From Verrucomicrobia bacterium UBA6176 (lineage in GTDB: Bacteria; Verrucomicrobiota; Verrucomicrobiia; Limisphaerales; UBA9464): DNA of 64,000 bases. Of this stretch, positions 1-10,666 are shown in pieces; position 1 is the stretch's first letter; every line of letters begins with the position of its first letter. The position numbers and the translations under genes were made by a program. The DNA is taken from assembly GCA_002422905.1 (NCBI GenBank), contig DITU01000116.1, positions 40,717-104,716 of the forward strand, given 5' to 3'. The notes beneath the pieces are model-generated. The model saw only the letters and a program-made list of their open reading frames with translations. It was not told the origin of the DNA and ran no database searches.

Positions 1-1182
1 GAGAAGGTGTCCTCCCATTGGAAGCGCCTGAGGGATGAGGTCGCCGACGCTCGCAAGGCGGTCGAAAACGGCGAGAAGTCGATCCCCACCGCCATGGTCA
101 TGGGCGAGATGGCCCAACCACGCGATTCCTTCATCCTGGTCCGGGGTCAATACGACAAGAAAGGGGACAAGGTCAGCCGGGCCCTTCCGTCTGCCCTCCC
201 CGGATTACCCGATGCCAACGGGGCGGATCGGTTGACGTTGGCGCGGTGGTTGGTGGGCCCTCGGCATCCGTTGACCGCCCGGGTTACCGTCAACCGGTAT
301 TGGCAGATGTTCTTCGGGAACGGATTGGTCAAGTCGTCCGAGAACTTCGGAACCCAGGGAGACCTTCCGACCCATCCCGAACTACTGGATTGGATGGCGA
401 CAGAATTTGTCCAGACCGGATGGGACATGAAGAGGCTTCACCGGATGATCCTGACCAGTTCAACGTATCGTCAGTCGAGTCGTGTGGGCAGGGAACGATA
501 TGGAAGCGATCCTGAGAACCGGTTGCTGGGCCGTGGTCCGCGGTTTCGGTTGCAGGCGGAGTTCCTTCGGGATCTGGCGTTGGATGTCAGTGGACTCCTT
601 GATCCCCGGATAGGCGGCGCAGCAGTATTTCCCTACCAACCGGCAGGGCTTTGGGAGGAACTGATGTCCCGTCAGGACAACGACGCCTTTACCGCCCAGA
701 AGTATGTCCACAGCAAGGGAGCCGATCTTTACCGGAGGACCCTTTACACCTTCATCAAGCGGACTTCTCCGCACCCCAGCCTGAGCAATTTCGATGCGCC
801 GGATCGACAGGTCTGTGCGGTTCGTCGGCCCCGGACCAACACTCCTCTTCAGGCACTCGCCCTGATGAACGATCCGACTTACGTCGAAGCGGCCCGCAAA
901 TTGGCTGAAAGGGCGATGGAAGCCGCCCCGGATACCCGGCGGCGGATCGTCCACGCGTTCCGCCTGGCGACTGGAAGGATTCCTGAAGATCGTGAGATTC
1001 GGATGCTTGAGGAGCTTTACGATGCCCAACTGGCCGAATACCGGGCCCAACCCGACCGGGCTGGCACCTTGTTGAAGGTGGGCGAATCAGCGGTGGGCAC
1101 CCTGGATCCTCTGCAATTGGCGGCGTGGACCGTCGTGGCAAATGCAATCCTCAACCTCGACGAGACCCTCACCAAGGGATGA
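1..1182 (+). CDS. DUF1553 (PSD1) domain protein, C-terminal part; the 5' end lies upstream of the window
   Basis: The frame is open from nt 1. Motifs [25 protein letters not shown] and [29 protein letters not shown] are typical of DUF1553. The stop overlaps the next start (ATGA at 1179-1182). Confidence 0.8.
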   Translation, partial: EKVSSHWKRLRDEVADARKAVENGEKSIPTAMVMGEMAQPRDSFILVRGQYDKKGDKVSRALPSALPGLPDANGADRLTLARWLVGPRHPLTARVTVNRYWQMFFGNGLVKSSENFGTQGDLPTHPELLDWMATEFVQTGWDMKRLHRMILTSSTYRQSSRVGRERYGSDPENRLLGRGPRFRLQAEFLRDLALDVSGLLDPRIGGAAVFPYQPAGLWEELMSRQDNDAFTAQKYVHSKGADLYRRTLYTFIKRTSPHPSLSNFDAPDRQVCAVRRPRTNTPLQALALMNDPTYVEAARKLAERAMEAAPDTRRRIVHAFRLATGRIPEDREIRMLEELYDAQLAEYRAQPDRAGTLLKVGESAVGTLDPLQLAAWTVVANAILNLDETLTKG

Positions 1183-2645
1183 GTCCTCATTCAATGAATC
1201 CTTCGCTTGAATACCAACGGCTGCTGACCCGGCGACACTTCTTCGGGAGACTCAGCGGTGGCATCGGAACAGCAGCGTTGGCGTCCGTCCTGAGCCCCGC
1301 CCTGGCTGATCCAGGCTCGAGGTCCGGCTTCCTTCCGGGATTCCACGTTCCCCCGAAGGTCAAACGGGTCATCTGGCTTTTCATGTCAGGAGGTCCCTCC
1401 CACATCGACCTCTTCGATCACAAGCCGGGCCTCAAGGATCATCACGGGGAGGAGCTGCCGGCGTCCATCCGCATGGGACAGCGCCTGACGGGCATGACCA
1501 GTGGACAATCCAAGTTCCCTTGCGTCGCCCCGATGTTTGGCTGGAAACAGCACGGGAACAGTGGGCTTTGGCTGAGCGATCTCCTTCCCCACCTTGGCCA
1601 GGTCGCCGACCAGCTTTGCGTGGTCAAATCCATGTGGACTGAGGCCATCAACCATGACCCGGCGGTCACCTTCATCCAGACAGGTCATCAGCAGGCGGGC
1701 CGTCCCGCACTGGGATCCTGGCTGTCGTACGGCATCGGAAGTGAGAACCAACAGATGCCGGGATTCGTCGTCCTGATTTCCCAGGGAAGTGGCAACAAGA
1801 CCGATCAACCCCTCAGCACCCGCTACTGGGGAAGTGGCTTCCTTCCCGGAGAACATCAGGGCGTCCGATTTCGATCCCAGGGGGATCCTGTGCTGTACCT
1901 GTCCAATCCGTCCGGCATCGACGATTCGGCCCGTCGTCGGATGCTGGATGCCACCGGAGCGCTCAACCAGATGGCGGAGGAATCCTTCGGGGATCCCGAG
2001 ATCAACGCCCGCATCGCCCAGTACGAAATGGCCTATCGCATGCAGGCCAGTGTCCCGGAGCTCTCGGACCTCTCGTCCGAACCTCGGTCGGTGCTGGATT
2101 CCTACGGTATACGCGATGGCAATGAAGACGGAGGTTTTGCGCGTAACTGCCTGTTGGCGAGAAGGATGATCGAGCGGGGCGTCCGTTTCGTCCAGTTGTT
2201 CCACCGGGGCTGGGATCAACATGGAGACCTACCGAAACAGATCAGGGGGCAATGCAAGGACGTGGATCAGCCTTCAGCGGCCTTGATCAACGATCTTCGG
2301 CAGCGCGGATTGCTGGAAGACACCCTGTTGGTCTGGGGGGGCGAGTTTGGACGCACCGTTTACTCACAGGGATCCTTGACCAAGGACAATCATGGCCGGG
2401 ACCATCATGGTCGATGCTTCACCGTGCTGCTGGCGGGGGCGGGAGTGAAGGCAGGCTTCAGCTACGGGACGACCGACGATTACTGCTACAACATTGTCGA
2501 GAACCCGGTGCATGTTCACGACCTCAACGCCACTTTGCTGCACCTGATGGGTCTGGATCACACCCGACTCACCTACAAGTTCCAGGGACGACAGTTCCGG
2601 TTGACCGATGTCCACGGAGAAGTGGTCCGGGCGATCCTGGCTTGA
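1179..2645 (+). CDS. DUF1501 domain protein (sulfatase-fold, Tat-signal type)
   Basis: The N-terminus is twin-arginine-like ([23 protein letters not shown]). Motifs [12 protein letters not shown] and GEFGRT...NHGRDHH are DUF1501 hallmarks. The gene is translationally coupled to the upstream DUF1553 gene. The track start at 1125 was rejected in favour of the ATG at 1179. Confidence 0.85.
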   Translation: MSPHSMNPSLEYQRLLTRRHFFGRLSGGIGTAALASVLSPALADPGSRSGFLPGFHVPPKVKRVIWLFMSGGPSHIDLFDHKPGLKDHHGEELPASIRMGQRLTGMTSGQSKFPCVAPMFGWKQHGNSGLWLSDLLPHLGQVADQLCVVKSMWTEAINHDPAVTFIQTGHQQAGRPALGSWLSYGIGSENQQMPGFVVLISQGSGNKTDQPLSTRYWGSGFLPGEHQGVRFRSQGDPVLYLSNPSGIDDSARRRMLDATGALNQMAEESFGDPEINARIAQYEMAYRMQASVPELSDLSSEPRSVLDSYGIRDGNEDGGFARNCLLARRMIERGVRFVQLFHRGWDQHGDLPKQIRGQCKDVDQPSAALINDLRQRGLLEDTLLVWGGEFGRTVYSQGSLTKDNHGRDHHGRCFTVLLAGAGVKAGFSYGTTDDYCYNIVENPVHVHDLNATLLHLMGLDHTRLTYKFQGRQFRLTDVHGEVVRAILA

Positions 2646-2909
2646 GGCGGCAGGCGTGTTGCAGCAACTGTCGGTGAGAGTGGCGAGAGTCTTGCTACAT
2701 TTGGGCCTGTGAGGGATTGGCCGTGCCATCAACGTCTGGGTGCGGGATGCCGGTACTGGAAAATTGATTTACAGCAGGAGACGCCTTCTCCCAAGGTTTT
2801 GGGCTTGGTGGGAAACGGTCATCAGGATGGTAAATGGCTCGAAGCCAGTGCGTCGTGGCCTGTAGGTCCTGAACGAAGAAAGGCTTGCGTGGTCTCAGAA
2901 CGTTGTCAG

Positions 2910-4184
2910 ATGGGCAGAAAAAAAAGAATCCGGAGCGGAGTCCGACCGACGGACCTATTCGCGTTGGTGGGAATGGGGTTGGGGGTTTGCACCCAGACAC
3001 AGGCCGCGGTGAATCCGGGAGATTACCTCAGTTACTCCTGGAAGGGACTTGCCATCCAGCCCCAGCTTGATCTGGCAACGGTGTTTACGGACAACCTGTT
3101 CCTGGCCCGGGGCGATTTACGCACGGCGGATCTGATCAGCACTTTCAGCCCGGGGATCCGCCTTCAATATGGGCTTGATGGAGCGAACCAGATCTCGTTG
3201 GACTTCATGCACGACGAATCCGTGCTGCTGGACAGGAGCGAGTTCAACAACCGGCAGGAGCGGTTGGATTTCAGGATTCGGTACCAGGTTGGCCCGCTTC
3301 GACTGGATGGGCGCTCCCGGCTTGAGTATCTCTCCAGCTTTCTTGGCGGGTCCGCCAATCAGCTGGGACGCTTGGTCAACCGGCGAAACTGGAATGACGG
3401 ATACACCCTGACCTACGACTGGACCTCCAAGACAGATATCTACCTGCGGGGCACCCATCAGGACCTGGATTTTGATCGGGGAGTCGCGTTGTTGGATGTC
3501 TCCAACATCGAGGGCTTGCTCGGGGCTTCCTATCAATGGACAGAACGTTTCCGGGTGACGGCTGAGGGGTTTTTCGGGCAATCGTCCGTAGCGCCGAACC
3601 TTCCCGGACCCGATGGACCCAAGTCGATCTACTACGGCGGTTTTGTAGGGGCGCGTGGTCAGTTCACCAGCAAGTTGTCTGGTTCAGGGCGGGTGGGTTA
3701 TGAGCAACGGGATTTCTCGGATGGCGTTGGTCAGGCTGCCTCGACGCCAGCCTTGTCCTTCGATCTGACCTACCAGATCGGTCCGAAAACTTCAGCGACG
3801 CTTCGGTATGATCGCCGATCATTCCCCAGTCCCCAGTTCAACAATCAGTTGATGATTGCGGACGCGGCATCGCTCCAGATCAACCAGTTCGTTGGCGCCG
3901 GAAACCGGTGGATGGTTCGCCTGCAGACGCGCTTCGACAATAGCGAGTTGAGCGGTGCGACCATCGCTTTTGGAGGGCAGCAGATCGATCTGGCTCGAAG
4001 GGATCGTACGTATTCGGCAGGAGCATCCCTTCTTTTCCAGCCCCAGCCGTGGCTCGTCGCCGCGCTGGCCTATGATTTTGAAACATTCGACATCCAGTTC
4101 GAGGATCCTCGCGCAGGTTTGCTGTTGAATGTGCCCAGCTATCACGTCAACCGCATCACTCTTACCCTCAACATTGGTTTCTGA
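2910..4184 (+). CDS. Putative outer-membrane beta-barrel protein of the polysaccharide-export locus
   Basis: An internal Met gives a basic N-region plus a signal-like segment (MGRKKRIRSGVRPTDLFALVGMGLGVCTQTQA). The sequence has an alternating beta-strand character and ends in ...LTLNIGF, a C-terminal Phe typical of OMPs. It lies directly upstream of the Wza-like and Wzc-like genes. Confidence 0.55.
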   Translation: MGRKKRIRSGVRPTDLFALVGMGLGVCTQTQAAVNPGDYLSYSWKGLAIQPQLDLATVFTDNLFLARGDLRTADLISTFSPGIRLQYGLDGANQISLDFMHDESVLLDRSEFNNRQERLDFRIRYQVGPLRLDGRSRLEYLSSFLGGSANQLGRLVNRRNWNDGYTLTYDWTSKTDIYLRGTHQDLDFDRGVALLDVSNIEGLLGASYQWTERFRVTAEGFFGQSSVAPNLPGPDGPKSIYYGGFVGARGQFTSKLSGSGRVGYEQRDFSDGVGQAASTPALSFDLTYQIGPKTSATLRYDRRSFPSPQFNNQLMIADAASLQINQFVGAGNRWMVRLQTRFDNSELSGATIAFGGQQIDLARRDRTYSAGASLLFQPQPWLVAALAYDFETFDIQFEDPRAGLLLNVPSYHVNRITLTLNIGF

Positions 4185-4196
4185 ACCAGGTAGATC

Positions 4197-4784
4197 ATGA
4201 GAATTCGCCTTTTGCTCCATTTCATCTGGGCTTGTGTCGCCGGTCTCGGCATGGAGGGCGCCTTCGCCCAGCTCAGTTCATCCGCTACCGCCAACCGGAA
4301 GATCCAGCCCAACGACATCATCTTCATCCGGGTGGTGGGTGAGCCGGATCTGACCATGGAAAGGCGGGTGAGTGCCGATGGAACCATCAGCTATCCATGG
4401 CTTCCTGACATTACCGTCACCGACAAGACGCCAGGTGACGTCGAACGTGTCCTCCGTGAACAGCTGCATCCCGACTACATCATCAACCCTCAGGTCACGG
4501 TCGACTTCAAGGAGTACGTGAAACAGTTCGTTACGGTGACCGGCCAGGTCAACAAGCCCGGCCCGGTCGAGATACCGATTGATCGCAAGCTGGACCTTCT
4601 GGAAGTCTTGTCGCGTGCGGGGGATCTCAGACCTGCCGCCAACAAGAACAAGATTGAGCTGCACAGGAAGGGTGAACCTGTCCGGACGTTCGAGTACCAA
4701 AAACTTCAATCCACGGTGGATCCGGCCAAGAAACTGTACGTCGAGCCGGATGACAACATCTACGTGCCCGAACGAATCATCTAG
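4197..4784 (+). CDS. Polysaccharide export protein (Wza-like; Poly_export + SLBB)
   Basis: It has a signal peptide. IQPNDIIFIRVVGEPDL...VSADGTISYPWLPDITV and VTVTGQVNKPGPVEIP...LLEVLSRAGDL match the Poly_export/SLBB architecture. Confidence 0.8.
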   Translation: MRIRLLLHFIWACVAGLGMEGAFAQLSSSATANRKIQPNDIIFIRVVGEPDLTMERRVSADGTISYPWLPDITVTDKTPGDVERVLREQLHPDYIINPQVTVDFKEYVKQFVTVTGQVNKPGPVEIPIDRKLDLLEVLSRAGDLRPAANKNKIELHRKGEPVRTFEYQKLQSTVDPAKKLYVEPDDNIYVPERII

Positions 4785-4792
4785 CCCACTTC

Positions 4793-6946
4793 ATGGAAAA
4801 TTCGCCCCGACCCGCCCCTGTTGCCGGCGCCAACGATGCCAACAAGCTACGCCAGTATTGGCATGTGTTGTTGGAGCGGCGCTGGTTGATCATCGTCATC
4901 TTCGCAGCATGCGTAACCGCTGGTTTCATCTACGCTTTCCGCGCAACACCGCTTTTCGAGGCCGTGGCGCGGCTCCAGATCAACCCTGAATCAGCCGGAG
5001 TCCTGAGCCTGCGCGATGTGATCTCGACCGCGAACAAGGATCAGGAGTACCTGCAGACCCAGTATCGCAATCTTCAATCCCGATCCCTGCTGGAGAAGAT
5101 CAGGACCAAGTTGAAGCTGGATGAGGATGAACGGTACAAGTCCGAGATTGACCAGATCGAGGCCATCACCAAGGACATCACCATTGCGCCGATCCGTTTG
5201 ACACGGTTGGTCGAAATCCGGGTCCGACATCCATCGGCCACCAAGTGCAGGGACATTGCCAATACCCTTCTGGAAACATTCCTTCGCGATAACATCGACC
5301 AGAAAACCCTCCAGGCCGCGGATGGCTATCGATTGTTGCGGACCGAAGCCAATCTGCAGGAAACGGAACTGACCAAGGCAATCCAGGCTCTCCAGGATTA
5401 TCGAGCCAAATACAGCGCCGTGTCCTTGGATCAGGATGTCAACGTGGTCTATCTCGGGTACAGGTCGGCTAAGGAGGCCTATGAAATCCAGAGGGTTCGC
5501 TATGAGAACAGCGTTCGGTTGGCCCAGGAGGCCGCACGTTGGCGAGAGGAGAAAAAGGATGTTGCCGAGTTTCCTGAGGTCGCCCGGGATCCTCTCGTCT
5601 CCCAATCCAAGACGGCGTTGGGTTCCAGCATGTCCCAGTTCGCTTCCATCACCAATCGCTACGGCCCCAAGCATCCCCAGTACAAGGCCCTTGCAAGTGC
5701 TGTGGCATCCGATCAACAAAAGCTGGAGGGTGAGTCCGAGCGCGCGTTCAAGGCGCTCCAGGCGGGAGTTGACCTGGAAAAGGCGAATTTCGAAGGAGCC
5801 CGCAAGAAATTTGAGGAGGCCGAGGTCGAAGTAACACGCCTGAAGGAACTTCAGGTCAATTACGATGTCCTCAACCGTAAGCGCGAAAGAGCCGAGGCCA
5901 TGTATCAACTCGTCCTCGGCAAGACCAAGGAGTATGACCTCACCCAGAAGGATACCATCCAGAACATGCGTGTCATTGATCCAGCGGATGTTCCGCCCAA
6001 ACCGGTCAAACCCAACAAACCCGTCGTCATCGTAGGGTCCGTTTTCCTCGGTCTGCTTGCGGGCCTAGGTCTCGCCTTCTTCATCAACTTCCTCGATGAC
6101 TCCGTGAAGAGTCAGGAGGATGTGGAGACCTATCTGCGCCTGCCGTTCCTTGGGTATATCCCCAATATCAAGTCCACCTCCGTGGTGGAGCGGGATCTCC
6201 AGGCACACCTCCACCCGACATCGAGCGCCGCCGAAGGGTTTCGTACCCTTCGTGCAGCTGTTTCCTTGGCGCGCAATGCTGAAAAACTGCGCAATATCGG
6301 TGTGTCATCAACCATCCCGTCCGAGGGCAAATCGCTGGTGGCATCGAATTTCGCCATCGTCACCGCCCAGACAGGCCTGAAGACGCTGTTGGTCGACGCC
6401 GATCTCCGACGCCCGTCCGTCCATAAGGCGTTTCAGCTTCAGAGCCCGATCGGTCTAAGCGCCTACCTTTCCGAACGGGTCAGTTCCATCGATGAGATCA
6501 TTCATCCCACCGATGTTCCAAACATGGACGTCGTTTGTTGCGGGGCGACCCCGAGCAATCCCTCGGAATTGATCTCTTCCAAGCGGATGCTTCAGTTTCT
6601 CGAGGAGGTGTCCTCCCGTTATGATCGGGTGATCCTGGATTGTCCCCCGGTATCGGCGGTCGCCGATCCGTTGGTGGTCGGGGCCATGTGCGACGGACTG
6701 ATTTTCGTGACCAAGTTCAACAAGATCCGACGGGAACATGCGTTGAGATCCGTTCAGCGTATTCAGGATGCAGGAATCCACATCGTTGGTCTCGTGCTGA
6801 ACGACATCGATTTCGAGGGTCGCGATTCCTACTACTATAGCTACCACTACTACCAGAATCGGTACTACGCCTCGCATTATCGATCCAAGCCGGCTCCTGA
6901 TGGGGCGAAGGCGTCTGCAAAGTCGACCGAATCCTCCAAGTCCTGA
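4793..6946 (+). CDS. Polysaccharide co-polymerase / tyrosine autokinase (Wzc/GumC-like)
   Basis: It has an N-terminal Wzz region with a TM helix, a long coiled-coil and a second TM. The Walker A is SSTIPSEGKSLVASNFA, followed by LLVDADLRRP and ILDCPP. The C-terminal Tyr cluster is DSYYYSYHYYQNRYYASHY. Confidence 0.85.
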   Translation: MENSPRPAPVAGANDANKLRQYWHVLLERRWLIIVIFAACVTAGFIYAFRATPLFEAVARLQINPESAGVLSLRDVISTANKDQEYLQTQYRNLQSRSLLEKIRTKLKLDEDERYKSEIDQIEAITKDITIAPIRLTRLVEIRVRHPSATKCRDIANTLLETFLRDNIDQKTLQAADGYRLLRTEANLQETELTKAIQALQDYRAKYSAVSLDQDVNVVYLGYRSAKEAYEIQRVRYENSVRLAQEAARWREEKKDVAEFPEVARDPLVSQSKTALGSSMSQFASITNRYGPKHPQYKALASAVASDQQKLEGESERAFKALQAGVDLEKANFEGARKKFEEAEVEVTRLKELQVNYDVLNRKRERAEAMYQLVLGKTKEYDLTQKDTIQNMRVIDPADVPPKPVKPNKPVVIVGSVFLGLLAGLGLAFFINFLDDSVKSQEDVETYLRLPFLGYIPNIKSTSVVERDLQAHLHPTSSAAEGFRTLRAAVSLARNAEKLRNIGVSSTIPSEGKSLVASNFAIVTAQTGLKTLLVDADLRRPSVHKAFQLQSPIGLSAYLSERVSSIDEIIHPTDVPNMDVVCCGATPSNPSELISSKRMLQFLEEVSSRYDRVILDCPPVSAVADPLVVGAMCDGLIFVTKFNKIRREHALRSVQRIQDAGIHIVGLVLNDIDFEGRDSYYYSYHYYQNRYYASHYRSKPAPDGAKASAKSTESSKS

Positions 6947-6962
6947 CCCATTGAGCGTGCCA

Positions 6963-6979
6963 GGCCGACCAAGTCGGCC
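6963..6979. terminator. Small GC hairpin between the convergent Wzc-like and mutS genes
   Basis: ggccgac-caa-gtcggcc forms a 7-bp stem. There is no U-tract on either strand, so function is uncertain. Confidence 0.25.
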
Positions 6980-6994
6980 AAGGTCGACATTGCT

Positions 6995-9631
6995 TCAGGC
7001 GAACAGATCCAGCTGGCTCGAGTTGCCCAAGGTCCGGAGGCGTTCCCTTTCGGACCTTTTTCGTCGGCTTGAAGGATCAGCCTCTGAGTTGGAGTCGGTT
7101 CCCGGGAGAGCCTGGGTTCCCCGACCGGCGATTTTCTGCAGGTTCAGTTCGGCGTCCTCCAGCACCCTCAGGATTTCCTTGGAACGAGCAATCACTGGCT
7201 TCGGCACCCCGGCCAGCCGCGCGACCTGAATTCCATAACTCTTGTCGGTGCCTCCAGGCAGGACCTTTCTCAGGAAGATGATCTGGTCGTTCCACTCCTT
7301 GACTGCCACATGGTAGTTCGCAGCCCGGGCCAACCGTGGGGGCGAAGGGTGTTGGTCTGGGGCAGACTCCCCGGACACCTGCCCCAACTCGGTCAGTTCA
7401 TGATAGTGGGTGGCAAACAAGGTCTTTGCGCCGACTTGATGATGCAGGTGTTCCACGATGCTCCATGCCAGACTGAGACCATCAAAGGTGCTCGTCCCTC
7501 GTCCGATCTCGTCGAGGATCACCAATGAACGACGGGTGGCATTGTTGAGGATGTTGGCGGTTTCACTCATCTCCACCATGAAGGTGCTTTGGCCTCGTGC
7601 GAGGTCGTCGGAGGCTCCGATCCGGGTAAAGATCCGGTCCACCAGATCAACACGGGCTGAGTTGGCCGGGAGGAATGCGCCAGTGTGGGCGAGGAGGACG
7701 AGCAATGCGATCTGCCGGATGTAGGTGCTTTTGCCAGCCATGTTCGGACCGGTGATCAACATGATCTGCTGGCGGACCCCATCGAGTTCCACGTCATTGG
7801 GAACGAACCTTTCTCCGGTCAATGACTGGTCCAACACCGGGTGTCGCCCATCGACTATCCTGAGCATGCCTTCATCCAGAACCTCCGGACGGCAGTGACC
7901 ATGCACCCTCGCCACTTCGGCGAACCCGGCAAGGACATCCAACTCGGCCAAGGCAGAGGCGGTGTCCTGAAGCACCCGAAGTTCCTGGAGGACAGACTCG
8001 CGGACCTGGAGGAACAACTCATACTCGAGTTTGGAACCACGTTCCTCAGCCCCAAGGATCTTCTGCTCCATCGATTTCAATTCAGGGGTGATGAAGCGCT
8101 CCCCGCTGGAGACTGTCTGCTTGCGGATATACTCGGCGGGGACCTTGGCCAGGTGGGTCTTTGTGACTTCGATATAGTATCCAAAGACCGAATTGAATCC
8201 CACTTTGAGCGACGGAATGCCCGTACGCCGGATCTCATCCTCCTGAAGGCCGGTCAGCCAATCCTTACCCCCCCGGGACGCCGATCGGAGTGCGTCCAGT
8301 TCCGCACTGAAGCCTTCCCGAATGATGCCCCCTTCCTTAACGGGAAGCGGTGGCTCATCAACAATCGCGCTTTCAAGCAGTACGAGAAGTTGGGGAGCGG
8401 TTGAAATGCGGTCAGCCAGATCCCGGAGGTTGGCCGATTCGCTTCCCAGGCCTTCTACCTGACGACGGATCTCCGGAATGTGTCGGAGCGCCTGGCGCAG
8501 GGAACCCAGATCACGTCCTGTCCCGGATCCAAGGCTCAACCGTCCCAACGTTCGCTCCAGATCCCGGATCTCCCTGAGTGCTGCTCGAAAGTGCTCCAGA
8601 CCCGTACCGAGATTGATCCATGCCTGAACTGAATCCTGACGGAGGCGGATTGCTTCCTGGTTGGCCAAAGGTTGTGTCAACCAGTCCCTGAGGCGACGTG
8701 AACCCATGGCTGTCACTGTCCGGTTCATCGCTCCAAACAACGTCATGTGACGTGCCCCGTCGCCGTGCAATGGCTCCAGGATCTCAAGATTCCGGATCGA
8801 GGTTGTGTCAACTGTCAGGAATCCTGAGACCTCGTATAACGCCAACCGGCCCAGATGACCCAGTTCTCTCCGAAGGTGCTGGCCCGCGTAGTGTACGACC
8901 GCCCCGGCAGCACAGATCGCGGCCAATCTTCCCCGCAATCCAAAGCCGTCCAGTGTCGCAACCCGAAAGTGTTCCAGAAGGGAGTGCAGGGCTGTCTCCG
9001 GCAGAAAAACCCAATCCTCATGACCACTTACAATTCCTCCGTTCTCAAGCAGGCGCGCGTCCGGTCCGCAGTCTCCTGTCACCAATTTGCGAAGCTCACC
9101 CGCCCCGGAAGGAAGAATCAATTCGGCCGGTCGTAGGCGGGCCAATTCGGCCAGCAAATGTCGGGTGTCCGGCAACTCAGTCACCCGGAAATCGCCCGTG
9201 GTAAGATCCACCACGGCCAGTCCGATCGCGCCTCCAACTTCAACCGCGCCCGCAAGGAAGTTGTTGCGATCCGACTGAAGCAGTCGGTCATCGAAGTGAG
9301 TTCCGGGAGAGAGGATTGAAGTGACCTGCCGCTCGACCAGTTTTCCCGGGCGGGCCTCTTCGGTCTGGTCACAGATCGCCACCTTGCGTCCCGCCCGCAG
9401 GATCTTCCCGATATAGGAATTGGCTGCGTGAAATGGAATACCACACATCGGAATCCCATTTCGCTGTGTCAGCGAGACGTTCAACAGCCGGGAACCCTCC
9501 TGGGCATCCTCAAAGAAGAGTTCGTAGAAATCACCCAACCGGAAGAACAGAAGGGCATCCTTCGGAAGCCCGGATTTTATGCGGCGATACTGCGCCATCA
9601 TCGGCGTGAGAATAACATCGGATCCGGCCAT
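6995..9631 (-). CDS. mutS: DNA mismatch repair protein MutS
   Basis: Motifs: TPMMAQYRRIK...FFRLGDFYELFFEDA (mismatch-binding domain), Walker A GPNMAGKSTYIRQ, and DEIGRGTSTFDGLSLA. The C-terminal SSQLDLFA resembles a beta-clamp binding motif. The start was set at the ATG at 9631 (MAGSDVILTPMM); the track start at 9736 is possible but adds an atypical 35-aa leader. Confidence 0.95.
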   Translation of the reverse strand: MAGSDVILTPMMAQYRRIKSGLPKDALLFFRLGDFYELFFEDAQEGSRLLNVSLTQRNGIPMCGIPFHAANSYIGKILRAGRKVAICDQTEEARPGKLVERQVTSILSPGTHFDDRLLQSDRNNFLAGAVEVGGAIGLAVVDLTTGDFRVTELPDTRHLLAELARLRPAELILPSGAGELRKLVTGDCGPDARLLENGGIVSGHEDWVFLPETALHSLLEHFRVATLDGFGLRGRLAAICAAGAVVHYAGQHLRRELGHLGRLALYEVSGFLTVDTTSIRNLEILEPLHGDGARHMTLFGAMNRTVTAMGSRRLRDWLTQPLANQEAIRLRQDSVQAWINLGTGLEHFRAALREIRDLERTLGRLSLGSGTGRDLGSLRQALRHIPEIRRQVEGLGSESANLRDLADRISTAPQLLVLLESAIVDEPPLPVKEGGIIREGFSAELDALRSASRGGKDWLTGLQEDEIRRTGIPSLKVGFNSVFGYYIEVTKTHLAKVPAEYIRKQTVSSGERFITPELKSMEQKILGAEERGSKLEYELFLQVRESVLQELRVLQDTASALAELDVLAGFAEVARVHGHCRPEVLDEGMLRIVDGRHPVLDQSLTGERFVPNDVELDGVRQQIMLITGPNMAGKSTYIRQIALLVLLAHTGAFLPANSARVDLVDRIFTRIGASDDLARGQSTFMVEMSETANILNNATRRSLVILDEIGRGTSTFDGLSLAWSIVEHLHHQVGAKTLFATHYHELTELGQVSGESAPDQHPSPPRLARAANYHVAVKEWNDQIIFLRKVLPGGTDKSYGIQVARLAGVPKPVIARSKEILRVLEDAELNLQKIAGRGTQALPGTDSNSEADPSSRRKRSERERLRTLGNSSQLDLFA

Positions 9632-9808
9632 TTGCCTTCGGACCCTAGAGAGATCGGCATCCGAGGCAAAGCTCGGCCGGGAGGCGTGCCTGGAAGGTGG
9701 AAACGGGTCGGAACAATCCGTTTGAAAAGGTTGCAAACTTCAGTAGTGGCGTAGTCAAAAAACCTACGTTAGCGTGCGGGAAATCCTGAACGTTGGCTTC
9801 CTCACCTC

Positions 9809-10588
9809 ATGAATCCCGAATCCTCGGACACCATCCCGCCCATATCCTCCCCGTTCACCACCACCCACTGGAGCCTGATCATCAAAGCAGGCGGTGCCTG
9901 CGGAACCGCGGCAGACAACGCCCTGGAGGAACTTTGCAGGGCCTATTGGCCGCCCCTTTACGCGTTCATCCGAAGAATCGGAAACAATGCAACCGACGCC
10001 CAGGATCTCACCCAGTCCTTCTTCGAGCACCTTCTCTCCGAGAGGCGGTTCAGCCTTGCGGATCCATCGCGTGGTCGTTTCCGCAGCTTTCTTCTCACCT
10101 CGTTGAAGCACTTCCTTGTCAATGACTGGCGGAAAGCCAACCGAATGAAGCGGGGTTCAGGCGCCTTGCACCTTTCATTCAACTGCGACCCCGAAGAGGC
10201 GATGTATGTGCGGGAACCAGCCACCAACGAAACTCCCGAGACCATTTACGACAGACGCTGGGCCAGACGCCTCCTGGAGCATGCCCTCGAATCAGTGGGC
10301 CAGGATTATCATCGGGCCGGGCAGGGCCTGCTGTTCGAGGAGATTCGGCAACTGGTCTGGGGGGCAGGTTCCGAGCACGGTTACGCCGTCATCGGACCGA
10401 AACTCGGATTGTCGGAAGGGGCATTCAAAGTCGCGGTTCATCGGCTTCGCCTCAGGTTCCGCCAAAGGGTCAGGGACGCCGTCGCTGCCACGTTGCCGGA
10501 TCCTGAGAATGTCGAAGAGGTGGATGAGGAGTTGGAGTATTTGCAGAAGGTCCTGCGCGAAGGCGGAGCCAGTCAGGATGTTGCCTGA
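9809..10588 (+). CDS. ECF-type RNA polymerase sigma factor (PVC-type, TIGR02984-like)
   Basis: N-terminal TTHWSLIIKAGG motif. Sigma-2 region: LCRAYWPPLYAFIRRIGNNATDAQDLTQSFF. Sigma-4 region: LSEGAFKVAVHRLRLRFRQ. A Ser/Thr kinase gene follows. Confidence 0.85.
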   Translation: MNPESSDTIPPISSPFTTTHWSLIIKAGGACGTAADNALEELCRAYWPPLYAFIRRIGNNATDAQDLTQSFFEHLLSERRFSLADPSRGRFRSFLLTSLKHFLVNDWRKANRMKRGSGALHLSFNCDPEEAMYVREPATNETPETIYDRRWARRLLEHALESVGQDYHRAGQGLLFEEIRQLVWGAGSEHGYAVIGPKLGLSEGAFKVAVHRLRLRFRQRVRDAVAATLPDPENVEEVDEELEYLQKVLREGGASQDVA

Positions 10589-10666
10589 TCAGTGGCAGCC
10601 TGGGTCCAGGCCGGGGCTGAATACCCGCCCGTAGCCCTCCACCAAATCCATTCCCGGTTGAGCCTC

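Noticed and set aside
9632-9808. ECF-type promoter (GGAAC-N16-CGTT-like) upstream of the sigma genes
   Set aside because: Only a loose tgaacgtt string is present before 9809. Nothing comparable is shared with the regions upstream of 24252 or 32932, which is insufficient to call a promoter.
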